Assembly: GCA_964443855.1 (NCBI GenBank)
Contig: CAYUEX010000001.1
Location: forward strand, 1-62,127
Source of the DNA: an uncultured Halobacteria archaeon
GTDB taxonomy: Archaea; Halobacteriota; Syntropharchaeia; Alkanophagales; Methanospirareceae
Direction of reading: 5' to 3'
DNA length: 62,127 nucleotides
Shown: piece after piece, positions 37,982 to 47,461 of the stretch
Numbering within the stretch: the stretch's first letter is position 1
How the letters are laid out: each line of letters begins with the position of its first letter
Program-made: the position numbers and the translations under genes
The notes under the pieces: generated by a model
Told to the model about the DNA's origin: nothing
Seen by the model: only the letters and a program-made list of their open reading frames with translations
The model's database searches: none

Positions 37982-38474
37982 CTATGGGGATACGGAAAGT
38001 TGGTTCGCCGATCTTTCCTGTTTTATCTTTGCAATCTCTTCTGGCGTACCGAAAGCTAACGCACCGGTCAAGCACGTGTGAACACATGCAGGGTCTAAGC
38101 CTTTATCGATCCTGGGGTAGCACGATATACATTTTTGCATCAACCCATCGCTTCCGATTTGAGGTACTGCAAAGGGGCATGCCATTACGCAATATCCGCA
38201 ACCGATACACTTGTCCTTGTCGTTCAGAACGATACCATCTGCTCGTTGATATATCGCACCCATCGGACATGCTGCCATGCAATAGGGACGTGAGCAATGG
38301 AAGCATGCGATCGAGACAAAATCTCTGGACGGGTTAGGATAGTTTCCTCCCTCCAGTTCAAGTCACTCTCCTCCATCTTACTCCAGTCTCAACGTCGTTT
38401 TGCTGTTTACAGGCGACTTCACAGGCCCGGCAATTAATGCACCGGGCTCCATCAAACAGAAATTGTTGTACCAT
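37982..38474 (-). pseudogene. PsrB/DmsB-like 4Fe-4S subunit interrupted by a 1-nt frameshift at about 38358-38363
   Basis: An ATG 2 nt after the upstream stop gives MVQQFLFDGARCINCRACEVACKQQNDVETGVRWRRVT*. The next frame continues LELEGGNYPNPSRDFVSIACFHCSRPYCMAACPMGA… into track ORF 37982-38278. Joined, this reads as a canonical 4-cluster ferredoxin of about 163 aa. Confidence 0.65.
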
Positions 38475-38476
38475 CT

Positions 38477-40711
38477 TTATCCCTCCTTATATATCCTTAC
38501 AAATGTCTCATCCATTGGGCATACCCCGCCTATTGGATCTGCACCGGCTTTGATGAAATCGCCGTCGTTGAGGCCTTTTCCGTAGGCTAACGTGAGATCA
38601 GGTGATGTATGCCCGAATCCATGCAGCATGAAAACGGTATCAGGTCTTATTTGTTCGGTTACCTTAGCTTTTATCTTGCCCTTACTGAGTTCGTTTTCAA
38701 CCCAGATGTATTCCACATTCATGATCCCTAAATCCATAGCGGTTTCTCTATTTATCCAGAGTTCATTTTCTGAGCAGATTTCGTTCAGGTACGCATTGTC
38801 AAACGTTGCGGGATTTGCATGGGTATGCACTGCGATATGTCCGTGCAGTAGTCTAAACATGCCATTGGGAGCTTCTGTTGGTGGCAAAAATGTTGGTAAT
38901 GGGTCAAATCCATTTGCCTCAAGTTTCTTCGAATAAAGCTCTATTTTACCGGTAGGCGTGTTTATTTTTACCCCTTCAAGCCCTTTCAGCTCAGGACTTA
39001 TACCAGAAGACCAAATCGAATTCTCTTTGAAATACTCTTTGTTAATTCCAAGTGGCTTGAGTTGAGCATTGATGTAGTCGTCTAACTCGAAGTCGAAATA
39101 ATTACCGATCCCTACTTTCTCAGCTAACTCTTTAAGTATCCAGAACCCCGGCTTTGACTCGTACATCGGCTCTACACAAGGCTGGCGTAAAGCGACCTTC
39201 GGCGATTTCCCTGTAATGACCATCGGTGGCTCATATCTCTCTAAATAGGTACACTCCGGTAGGATAACGTCAGCATACCAGGCTGTATCGCTTGGTAATA
39301 TATCAATAGCTACGAGCAAATCGAGTTTCTTGAACGCTTCGATAACTCTATTTCTATCTGGCATCGCAAGCAACGGGTTAGAACGATACACAATCAAGCC
39401 CTTTACCGGATAGGGGTCTTCATTTATGATTGCATCGGGCAATAACTGCCAGAGCCCGTGGCTTGCGGGAACCAATGGGTATTTGTCTGGGATACCATCC
39501 ACCCGCTTAGCGGTGATCTCAGGATATGCTGGTGGTTTTATGTCACCCAGTGCTACTCCTCTTAAATAAAATAGCCCTCCTGGCTTATTTATGTTTCCAA
39601 CCAGCGCATTCAGAATTAATATTCCTCTACTTGTCTGTGCCTCGTTCGCGTATCCCTTTGGGTGCCAGTTTGGATGTGCTACCGCAGGCTTTGTAGTAGC
39701 GAACTCCACGGCAATCCTCTCAATCTGCGCTGCAGGAACACCAGTAACTCCTTCTGCCCATTCTGGTGTATAATCACCGATAAACCCTTTTAGCTCTTCA
39801 AAGCCATACGTGTATTTAGTCAAGAAGTCCTCGTCATAGAGTCCTTCTCTAATAATAACATTCATCATCGCCAGGACGAACGCCAGGTCCGTTCCAGGTT
39901 TTATTGGTATCCACTCGTCCGCCTTTGAAGCAGTAACCGTAAACCGGGGGTCTAAATATACCAATTTCGCTCCTTTCGTAATAGCAGCGGATAAAGCTTG
40001 AACGGACGAATTTGCCGGAGTTTCAAAGCTGTTTCTGCCAAAGAGCATGATATACTTTGCGTTTGTGTAATCAACGGCATTACCAATATGCGCACCTAAT
40101 GTTGTAGCATCCGCTACGATCCTCGAGATTTTGCAAGTCCCAAGAATAGAGAAGAAATTAGGAGAGCCTAAGGCTTTCTGGAACCTCGATAATAAAGGCG
40201 TCATTAAGCTGCACATTTGTACCATTGCGATGCTCTCTGGGCCGTATTTCGCCTCAATATCTTTAAGCTTCCCCGCCGTGTAATCTAATGCTTCACCCCA
40301 GGTTGCGCGCTTCCAGCCACCCGCACCTCTCTCACCGGTCCGTATAAGTGGGTATTTAACCCTGTTTGGATTATATATCACCTGTTCTGCCGAGTTTCCG
40401 CGTGCGCAGAGTTTCCCTTTTGAGTGTGGCTCCTGTGGATTTCCTTCTATCGATTTTACTACTCCTCCATCACATGTTACTTTTATTCCACATCTGAATG
40501 GGCACATCTCGCATATACTATACACAACACTTTCTGTTTCTAAGGGAGCCGCAATTGCTGGTTCAATCAACGTACCGAACTGCTTCATCGGATAAGCGCC
40601 GACATTGCCGATTCCGCTCAGCGCAGCTGCTGTTCCTAAAGCTGTTAGTTTGGTAAAAGTTCGCCTTGATACTCTTGCGCCACAACAATCAACATTTGTT
40701 CGTACATCCAT
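38477..40711 (-). CDS. Tat-exported molybdopterin oxidoreductase, polysulfide/thiosulfate/tetrathionate reductase (PsrA/PhsA)-like
   Basis: Signal VSRRTFTKLTALGTAAALSG. CEMCPFRCG FS0 motif. …KGKLCARGNS…, …GSPNFFSILGTCKIS… resemble Wolinella PsrA landmarks. Confidence 0.75.
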   Translation of the reverse strand: MDVRTNVDCCGARVSRRTFTKLTALGTAAALSGIGNVGAYPMKQFGTLIEPAIAAPLETESVVYSICEMCPFRCGIKVTCDGGVVKSIEGNPQEPHSKGKLCARGNSAEQVIYNPNRVKYPLIRTGERGAGGWKRATWGEALDYTAGKLKDIEAKYGPESIAMVQMCSLMTPLLSRFQKALGSPNFFSILGTCKISRIVADATTLGAHIGNAVDYTNAKYIMLFGRNSFETPANSSVQALSAAITKGAKLVYLDPRFTVTASKADEWIPIKPGTDLAFVLAMMNVIIREGLYDEDFLTKYTYGFEELKGFIGDYTPEWAEGVTGVPAAQIERIAVEFATTKPAVAHPNWHPKGYANEAQTSRGILILNALVGNINKPGGLFYLRGVALGDIKPPAYPEITAKRVDGIPDKYPLVPASHGLWQLLPDAIINEDPYPVKGLIVYRSNPLLAMPDRNRVIEAFKKLDLLVAIDILPSDTAWYADVILPECTYLERYEPPMVITGKSPKVALRQPCVEPMYESKPGFWILKELAEKVGIGNYFDFELDDYINAQLKPLGINKEYFKENSIWSSGISPELKGLEGVKINTPTGKIELYSKKLEANGFDPLPTFLPPTEAPNGMFRLLHGHIAVHTHANPATFDNAYLNEICSENELWINRETAMDLGIMNVEYIWVENELSKGKIKAKVTEQIRPDTVFMLHGFGHTSPDLTLAYGKGLNDGDFIKAGADPIGGVCPMDETFVRIYKEG

Positions 40712-40771
40712 TTTTTTGCCTCCGTTCTACCTACAAAATTTACATGTACGTATACTAAAAGGTGGGATGAG

Positions 40772-40779
40772 TATATAAA
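40772..40779 (-). promoter_or_regulatory. TATA box (TTTATATA on the coding strand) about 60 nt upstream of the ATG
   Basis: Exact octamer read from the sequence. Confidence 0.3.
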
Positions 40780-40812
40780 CCTAGAGGGTTTTTACTTAAT
40801 AGTGGATATACG

Positions 40813-40882
40813 TGAACAAAATTCTATTTTTTTAAAACGAATAAATACAAAAATGAACAAAATCCAATTTTATTGAACAAAT
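40813..40882. promoter_or_regulatory. Three direct copies of TGAACAAA(A)T upstream of the TATA box, next to the Lrp gene
   Basis: TGAACAAAAT at 40813-40822 and 40854-40863; TGAACAAAT at 40874-40882. Start-to-start spacing is 41 and 20 nt. A partial TGAACA lies at 40967-40972. Confidence 0.35.
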
Positions 40883-40975
40883 GTAGACAAATAAAGGTGT
40901 CTGGTAGATACTTTAGCCTGAAGTAGCTATAAATAAACTAAAACATCAAAAAAAACTATCGAGAAATGAACACGC

Positions 40976-41416
40976 TCACAACTTGACCTTAAGCTCTTCT
41001 TTCAGTATCTTGAGCACGACTTCTGAATTCACACTTTCCACACCTTCGATTTCTTTTATCTTCTCAATAAAAGCCCCACATCTCCCCCGTTCAGGGCACT
41101 TAGTGATAGCCATGAGGTCAAAATCACCGGTTATGTGGTAAATGCTACAACTTCCTTCCAGTTCCGCTATCTCTTTCCCCACCTTTTCGATACCACATCC
41201 CGACTTGGTTTTTATCCTCGTGATCAAGGTGGCCATACCGATCTCAGCTGTATTGAGGATCGTAGTATATTCACAGATAATCCCTTCTTCACCCAGCCTT
41301 TTTACTCTATCGCTCACCGTAGCAGTACTGATTTTTATCTTCTGCGCAATCTTCGTGAAAGATTGACGTGCATCCAACTGGAGTTCTCCCAATATTTTCT
41401 TATCTAATTCATCCAT
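40976..41416 (-). CDS. Lrp/AsnC-family transcriptional regulator
   Basis: N-terminal HTH (LDELDKKILGELQLDARQSFTKIAQKIKISTATVSDRVKRL) plus a RAM/ACT-like C-domain. Confidence 0.85.
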   Translation of the reverse strand: MDELDKKILGELQLDARQSFTKIAQKIKISTATVSDRVKRLGEEGIICEYTTILNTAEIGMATLITRIKTKSGCGIEKVGKEIAELEGSCSIYHITGDFDLMAITKCPERGRCGAFIEKIKEIEGVESVNSEVVLKILKEELKVKL

Positions 41417-41503
41417 TTATCTTCGAGTAATTTTTAGTCTCTTCCCTTGCTATCTCCGCCAATGCTAACAATTCTTCTTCTCATTGTTATAAAAAACATA
41501 TTT

Positions 41504-42166
41504 CTACACAGTCTCTAATAAATCGCTGATCACCGTATCGTCCAATAGAATGAAGCCTTTTGTGAGCTTTGCAATGCCTTTAAAGAAATCAGCTATCTCA
41601 TACGTGTAGATCGCATCGCAGTAATTCGGCACCCATTTCAACATATGGTCATCGAGAAATTCTCTCTGTAGTTTGAGACATTCTCCCAATCGTTTTTGAG
41701 TGGCCGCAGATAATTCCTCCTCGCAGAGATAATGCATAAACTTGAGTTCAAATCCGATGTGGTCTTCGGGCTCTTTATACTCTCGTGATTTCACGATACC
41801 TGCTTTCCTGTACGCTTGCTTCACCGCCACCAGCGACTCACCCATCCGCCTTCCGCTCACCCAAGACGCCTCGTAAGGCTCCACCGGGGGTCTAAAGGGT
41901 CCGATGAACAAAAGGGTATATTCTCCTACCAGATCGTCATACAAAGCATCAATATCCTTGCCTTTGCTCTTCTCCATAAACTCGTTTAATAAACGGAAAC
42001 CCTCGAAAAGCTCTGTATTTGTGTCTAACGATTTCAGCTCCTGAAACTGGAACTTTCCGTTCACTAAATCCGCTGCAAGTTCTCGTGCCGGCTCTTCCAC
42101 ATACATCCGAAACAAAAAGGCATAAAAGTTTCTTCTTGTCTCCAAAATTGCTTCTATTTCGCTCAT
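41504..42166 (-). CDS. TorD/DmsD/NarJ-family redox-enzyme maturation chaperone
   Basis: Size and pattern (R.NFYAFLFRMY.EEP…, …L..EYT.LFIGP…PYES.W…, DHI..EL.FM) fit this family. Located within a Mo-enzyme island. Confidence 0.65.
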   Translation of the reverse strand: MSEIEAILETRRNFYAFLFRMYVEEPARELAADLVNGKFQFQELKSLDTNTELFEGFRLLNEFMEKSKGKDIDALYDDLVGEYTLLFIGPFRPPVEPYEASWVSGRRMGESLVAVKQAYRKAGIVKSREYKEPEDHIGFELKFMHYLCEEELSAATQKRLGECLKLQREFLDDHMLKWVPNYCDAIYTYEIADFFKGIAKLTKGFILLDDTVISDLLETV

Positions 42167-44221
42167 TTACTCATTCTCCAATTTTTCTAATGACATCTCA
42201 ACGGCTTTTGCCGGTCTGCACTTTTTACAATATCTGAGCAGGTCTAACCGCTCCCCTATGTTAAGCTCTCCCTCGCCTTCGCCTTCTTTCAATATCTGCC
42301 CCATTCGTTCAAATGCGGATTTCGGCATAAATAGTTCTCCACATCCCGCGCATGCGATAAACTCGACTTCAACCAGTTTTTTGCTTCCTTCTTCAGCCAG
42401 TTGAGAAAAGTCAAGCACCGGCTTTAACGCAATCGCTTCTTCCGGGCAGGCTTGCTTACACATACCACAAGCAATGCAGTGCCCGTATACAAAATCAATC
42501 TTAGTATCGTCCTTACTCAGCGCGTTTGTCGGGCACATGGTCACACACGCATTGCAGAGTGTGCACTGCGAATTGATAGAGAGATCCGCGAACGGATAAG
42601 ACGTATTTTCCTCTATTAACGTTGGACGTACGCCAGTCTTCAGACGAAGGGTCTGTATTAAGCTCAGCAGAATATCCCGTTTCGGTTTGGTAAAATCGAT
42701 CTCCATTGGCTTCTTCTTTCTGATAGACGAAGGACTGAGCTGGGTAACGAAATTAGTAACTTTCTTAGCGAAATCCTCCACGTCGAACTGGGCATCACCC
42801 AGCAATAGTACCCGGTCTCCCAAATAGAAGGCGGATAACGTCTTCTGCGCAAATGTTACCGCAGATTCGATCTGTTCATGGTGGCTGTTCTCGCATTCCC
42901 AGAGAATAACCCCATCAGCTCCGCGTTCAAACGCACTGAGTATATGGGCCTCTGAAACCATACCAACGGACGGTACGAAGAGCGGTACTACTGCGGGATA
43001 ATGAATCTTCTTTCTGCCAGTGGCATTTAGCTTTTCGACGTTCTCTTGATCTGTGAATAAGAGAACTTTTGGGCGTAAATCCTCGGATAATAAGCTTTCT
43101 ATTTGTGAGTACAGCAATTGATTGGGATAGTCACGCAGTTGCGGAACTGATAATGGACATAAAGAAGCGCAGAGTCCGCAGCCAAGACATCGCACATCGC
43201 TGAACACCATTTTGACACCATCTCTCATGATGGCCTCGTGAGGGCAGGGTAAACAATACTCACACCCAATTAATTTGCTCCTACCACTTGCGCACCGTTT
43301 CAACTCTAATTCTAAATACTTTTCCTTCCCTATTTCGCCCAAATTAGAAACTAACTCCGGTGCTTTCCGTAATGCATCTTCGTAATCGTCAGCTTTATAG
43401 ATACCAAAGTAGTTAGGTCCATGCCAGTCCTTATCAATCACAAGAATCTGCCCTACGTGTAACACCTCCTGGTTGTGGAATTCAATAGCACCTGTTGGAC
43501 ATACTTTAACGCAATCGCCACATTCGTCACAAGCCTCGTCAATCGTGTATACCGCATCGTAGTGTACCGCATTTTTCGGGCACGCGTCAACGCAAAGGCC
43601 GCAGGAGATACACTTCTCTAAATCTATGTCGCGCTCGATCTCGACGTCAAAGTCACCAATCTCTCCCGTTATGCCTTTAAGCGAGCCAATATGGAGTTCC
43701 GGCTCAGCACACCACTCGTGCGCATTCTCCGTCAGCAGATGGACGTAAGCCCCGGTGGAAAGACCTTTCGCAACTTCTAACGCTCCGTTTTCCTCGGACC
43801 CTATCACTAACACATCATAACCCACCTTCAAATCGATCTTTTCAGGCCTCGGAAGTGTTTCTTCCATTTCACCATAGCTGATAGCGGCTTTAATCAGGCT
43901 CTTCGTTTTTTCCGTACCTTCTTTCTTTCCGTGTACCCAACCGCAGTGTTCCCTGAGGTTGATAAGGTAAGTATCACAGCCAAATCCAGATGCTACCCGT
44001 TCAAAGATGCGCCTCTTCTCTGTACACGCCGCTATGACTATGGCATCAAGATTCAATCGCCTGACGTCGTCTACAATATAGTCCAAGTCTCTCTGGCAGA
44101 GCTGATCAACCGTCTCAACGATCTCAACTTCCTTCTTTATGCTCTTTCTAACGTTTCTAAAATCTATGTCCATAGTGCTGTTGCACGTGCAGAGAAAAAC
44201 ACCCAGTTTCATGTATTTCAC
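42167..44221 (-). CDS. Cytoplasmic polyferredoxin with HdrA-insert-like N-terminus and MvhD-like domain
   Basis: LGVFLCTCNSTMD start. At least six CxxCxxCxxxCP-type motifs. An MvhD-like stretch (VLLFTDQEN…GADGVILWEC). No signal peptide. The stop abuts the TorD-like gene. Confidence 0.65.
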   Translation of the reverse strand: MKYMKLGVFLCTCNSTMDIDFRNVRKSIKKEVEIVETVDQLCQRDLDYIVDDVRRLNLDAIVIAACTEKRRIFERVASGFGCDTYLINLREHCGWVHGKKEGTEKTKSLIKAAISYGEMEETLPRPEKIDLKVGYDVLVIGSEENGALEVAKGLSTGAYVHLLTENAHEWCAEPELHIGSLKGITGEIGDFDVEIERDIDLEKCISCGLCVDACPKNAVHYDAVYTIDEACDECGDCVKVCPTGAIEFHNQEVLHVGQILVIDKDWHGPNYFGIYKADDYEDALRKAPELVSNLGEIGKEKYLELELKRCASGRSKLIGCEYCLPCPHEAIMRDGVKMVFSDVRCLGCGLCASLCPLSVPQLRDYPNQLLYSQIESLLSEDLRPKVLLFTDQENVEKLNATGRKKIHYPAVVPLFVPSVGMVSEAHILSAFERGADGVILWECENSHHEQIESAVTFAQKTLSAFYLGDRVLLLGDAQFDVEDFAKKVTNFVTQLSPSSIRKKKPMEIDFTKPKRDILLSLIQTLRLKTGVRPTLIEENTSYPFADLSINSQCTLCNACVTMCPTNALSKDDTKIDFVYGHCIACGMCKQACPEEAIALKPVLDFSQLAEEGSKKLVEVEFIACAGCGELFMPKSAFERMGQILKEGEGEGELNIGERLDLLRYCKKCRPAKAVEMSLEKLENE

Positions 44222-44419
44222 CTTTCTTCTTGCTTTGATCCCCTTATACCATCATAAACTACTTTCAAACTACTTACTAGCTTTTAATTATGTAACATTG
44301 AAAGACGGCTATTTATTTCTCCAACGTTGTAGTACCCCTCTCACAGTCTAGTAACTTATCTCTCCTCAAGCCACACAATCGGGGATGAGCGGGGGGGTGA
44401 CGATTAGAGAGTTCCGTAA

Positions 44420-46522
44420 TCACACGAACTTAATCACACCGCTTCCCGGCGAATACAGTATCCCGTCACGTTTCATCGCTTCGATTATCTCTTCCACCTT
44501 GTCCCTTTCCATCCCATCCTCTTCCGCAAGGTTGAGTACCTCATCCAATGGCACTTCCTCGCCGTAGTCCTTCTCTAACTCCTTTATTATCTCCCGTATC
44601 GATCGTGCACGGTCCCTTCTGGTTTTCGTCGTGCCAACGGTTACCCAATCGGCGTCCAGTTTGCCCGTTTCGGGATCCACTGAAACCTGTCTCAAACAGA
44701 AGTTAACGACGTTTGTTACAATCTCAGCATCCTCAGGGGTGACTTTATCGCTCATTCGAGTTCTTGCCCGCGCTTCACCTAAGCGGATCAGCGCTTCTAA
44801 CTGCCGTGCCGTTGCAGGAACGGGAGCATCTTCTTCTTCATAGCCCTCACTTCGAAGTGAGATGTAGAAATCCAAAAACGTTTTCTTCGCTTCTTTGGTC
44901 ATCACGGGGAATACGTTTCGCTTACTCCATGCGACGTATTTCCTCAGTAAGTCACCAGATATCGCGGGCTCCATTGCTTGAACCTGCTCGCTGAAATGCT
45001 CCTTACCCTCTTCTTCCATTTTACCTTTGTTCTTATGCTGTGCAAGCAATTCTCCGGCATAATGGGACTCTAATATATGTGTTGCAGTCTTCGTGTCCTC
45101 TACCCGATCAGGTCTGTCTATCATGGTAAAGATGAGGTCAAATCGCGACAAGAGCGTAGGTGGCATGTTTATCTGCTCAGATATCGGCGTATACTTATCA
45201 AAACGACCCTGTTTCGGGTTTGCCGCTGCTAACAGCGCGCATCGCGAATTCAAACGTGCCATTATGCCTGCTTTCGCTATAGAAACCGTTTGCTGTTCCA
45301 TAGCCTCGTGGAGCGCATCTCGGTCCTCCTTCCGCATCTTATCAATCTCATCCACCGCCGCGATGCCCTTATCCGCAAGAACCAGAGCACCTGCTTCTAA
45401 CGTCCACCGTCCTTCGCCAAACTCGTCTCGAACTGCAGCTGCGGTGAGTCCAGCGGCACTGCTGCTCTTCCCGCCGGTGTACAACCCACGAGGTGCTAAA
45501 TTCACCAAGTAAGTGAGCAATTGACTCTTGGCCACGCCAGGATCGCCAACGAGAAGCAAATGTATGTCTCCCCGCACTCGTGTCCCATCCGGCAGCTCCT
45601 TTGGGACACCGGAGAACAACTGGAGAACCATAGCCTCTTTTATCTCTTTGTAGCCGGATATAGAAGGAGAAATGCTCTTTATGAAGTCTTCATACAAATT
45701 TGGCCGCGCTTTCAACTCCATTATCTCGCGTTCGTCCTCTTCCGATATTTCGATCTCTTCAAACTCCTCCTGCTTGAGTTCCAGTGAATTACCGTCGAGA
45801 TAAATATCGAAGAAGAGCTTCTTCCCAAATTGGGTTATCCGCTGATATGATCGGAGAATGCCGGTAACGAGTATCCTATCGCCGGGTGCCACCACGCCGG
45901 AAATGTCGTCCTCAAGGTTAAGGTCCAGCGCTTGCGGCAGTTCACCGCCTCGCAACTCTTCCGGTGACTCCTGCAACCGTATCTTCTGCGCGTTTGCGAA
46001 TTTAGACTTGTCCACCAATAACGTGAACCGCTGTACTTTCCTCCCACAGCCGCCGTCCTCTTGAGGGCATTCGTACGGTTCTTTGAATTGGGTCCCGGTC
46101 TGCACCAGCGAAAAGATGTGATGGCAGAAAGGGCATTCAAACGCCGCCTCGACTATTCTCGGTCTCACTTCTGTCGCCTTCGTCACTAACCCTTCTATGC
46201 TCACCAGCTTGCCGATATCGTTGCTTCGAATATCCCGTATCTTCACCTTCCGTGGAAGCTTTATTACCCGCAGATTCGCCTCGTCGAGTGTCACCCCAGT
46301 AGGGATGTCCATCTCACGTAAGGCCCGTGTTGCGGATTCGAGTGTTACATCCGGATCATCTAAAAGCATATCTGCGATAGTAGGATCGTAGATATCCATC
46401 TCCGAGAATTTAACGAGCAAACTACGCTTCTCAGGATAAGAATTAGAGAGATCTATGAGTTCGTCCCAATAATACCGCTTGAGAAAGTCTTCCCACTTCT
46501 CCGTCACCAAGTCCTGCATCAT
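44420..46522 (-). CDS. mcm: Replicative helicase MCM
   Basis: Zn finger CPFCHH…CP…CG. Walker A GDPGVAKSQ. Walker B AAVDEIDKM. Arginine finger SRFDL. C-terminal winged helix. Confidence 0.92.
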   Translation of the reverse strand: MMQDLVTEKWEDFLKRYYWDELIDLSNSYPEKRSLLVKFSEMDIYDPTIADMLLDDPDVTLESATRALREMDIPTGVTLDEANLRVIKLPRKVKIRDIRSNDIGKLVSIEGLVTKATEVRPRIVEAAFECPFCHHIFSLVQTGTQFKEPYECPQEDGGCGRKVQRFTLLVDKSKFANAQKIRLQESPEELRGGELPQALDLNLEDDISGVVAPGDRILVTGILRSYQRITQFGKKLFFDIYLDGNSLELKQEEFEEIEISEEDEREIMELKARPNLYEDFIKSISPSISGYKEIKEAMVLQLFSGVPKELPDGTRVRGDIHLLLVGDPGVAKSQLLTYLVNLAPRGLYTGGKSSSAAGLTAAAVRDEFGEGRWTLEAGALVLADKGIAAVDEIDKMRKEDRDALHEAMEQQTVSIAKAGIMARLNSRCALLAAANPKQGRFDKYTPISEQINMPPTLLSRFDLIFTMIDRPDRVEDTKTATHILESHYAGELLAQHKNKGKMEEEGKEHFSEQVQAMEPAISGDLLRKYVAWSKRNVFPVMTKEAKKTFLDFYISLRSEGYEEEDAPVPATARQLEALIRLGEARARTRMSDKVTPEDAEIVTNVVNFCLRQVSVDPETGKLDADWVTVGTTKTRRDRARSIREIIKELEKDYGEEVPLDEVLNLAEEDGMERDKVEEIIEAMKRDGILYSPGSGVIKFV

Positions 46523-46653
46523 TTTATCTCTGTATCCCTGTTATTCATATCATGTATTTATAGCAGCATGGCATTAGCTCTTGTATCTATAACAAGTTGT
46601 TATGCCTTGGGTAAAAGTCGGCGATAAAAGGTAAATAGGGGTGAAGAGAGCGA

Positions 46654-47457
46654 ATGTTAAGCTTAGCGGTCGTTTTTGACGGTTCTGGCGTCATATACGC
46701 GCCCTTCAGGATTATAAAGGATATGGAGCGAGGGGTGATTAAGCGTAGCAGGGTCTCTGGTTTAACGTGCACGGACCGGCTAGAGTGTGGTGCACTGGTG
46801 ATATTGAAGACGCGATACGAAGAGACGATGGAAGAAGAAAACGCTTCGAAACTTTTAGCTGACTTGTTGCGGGAGAAAAAAATAGAAAATAAAGTCGTAT
46901 ATAAAAGAGAAGGATTGAGCGATGAGGAAGTGCAGAGCGCAATTTTAAGTAACACGAGTGTTAGGCTGGGGGACGTCCATGAGGCAATAGCTCTGCTGCG
47001 GCGGTGCGACATTCTTCCGGTACTTGGCGTGGGTTTGATCATGGATATGGTGCACAAGACGATCCGATATGTGATTGCGGGTGGCATAAATCTCTTCCCA
47101 GGGACGCTCAAAGTGCTTGAAGCCTTACGTGAACGGGGCGTTCCGACGTTTATTGCTTCGGGTGATAGGATAGAGCAGGGAGAGATGGCAACGTATTTAC
47201 CTGACGTTCTGCCCGAGCATATTTTCGGCACGATGAAGCCCGAGGACAAGCGAGATTTGGTGCGGAAGTTGAAGGACGAGCATGAAGTGGTAATGGTTGG
47301 CGACGACAGGAACGATTATCTCGCAATGCTCGAGGCGGATGTTGCGGTATTATCATTGCAAGAAGCTGCGGATAGACCAAAAGAGGTCTTTGATGTTGCT
47401 GATTTTAGGATAAATGATATCAGAGAGATAAAAGAAATAGTGGGGGAAATGCGGTGA
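46654..47457 (+). CDS. HAD-superfamily (soluble P-type-ATPase-like) hydrolase
   Basis: VVFDGSGV motif I region; C-terminal VMVGDDRNDYLAMLEADV (GDxxND). Confidence 0.55.
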   Translation: MLSLAVVFDGSGVIYAPFRIIKDMERGVIKRSRVSGLTCTDRLECGALVILKTRYEETMEEENASKLLADLLREKKIENKVVYKREGLSDEEVQSAILSNTSVRLGDVHEAIALLRRCDILPVLGVGLIMDMVHKTIRYVIAGGINLFPGTLKVLEALRERGVPTFIASGDRIEQGEMATYLPDVLPEHIFGTMKPEDKRDLVRKLKDEHEVVMVGDDRNDYLAMLEADVAVLSLQEAADRPKEVFDVADFRINDIREIKEIVGEMR

Positions 47458-47461
47458 TACC

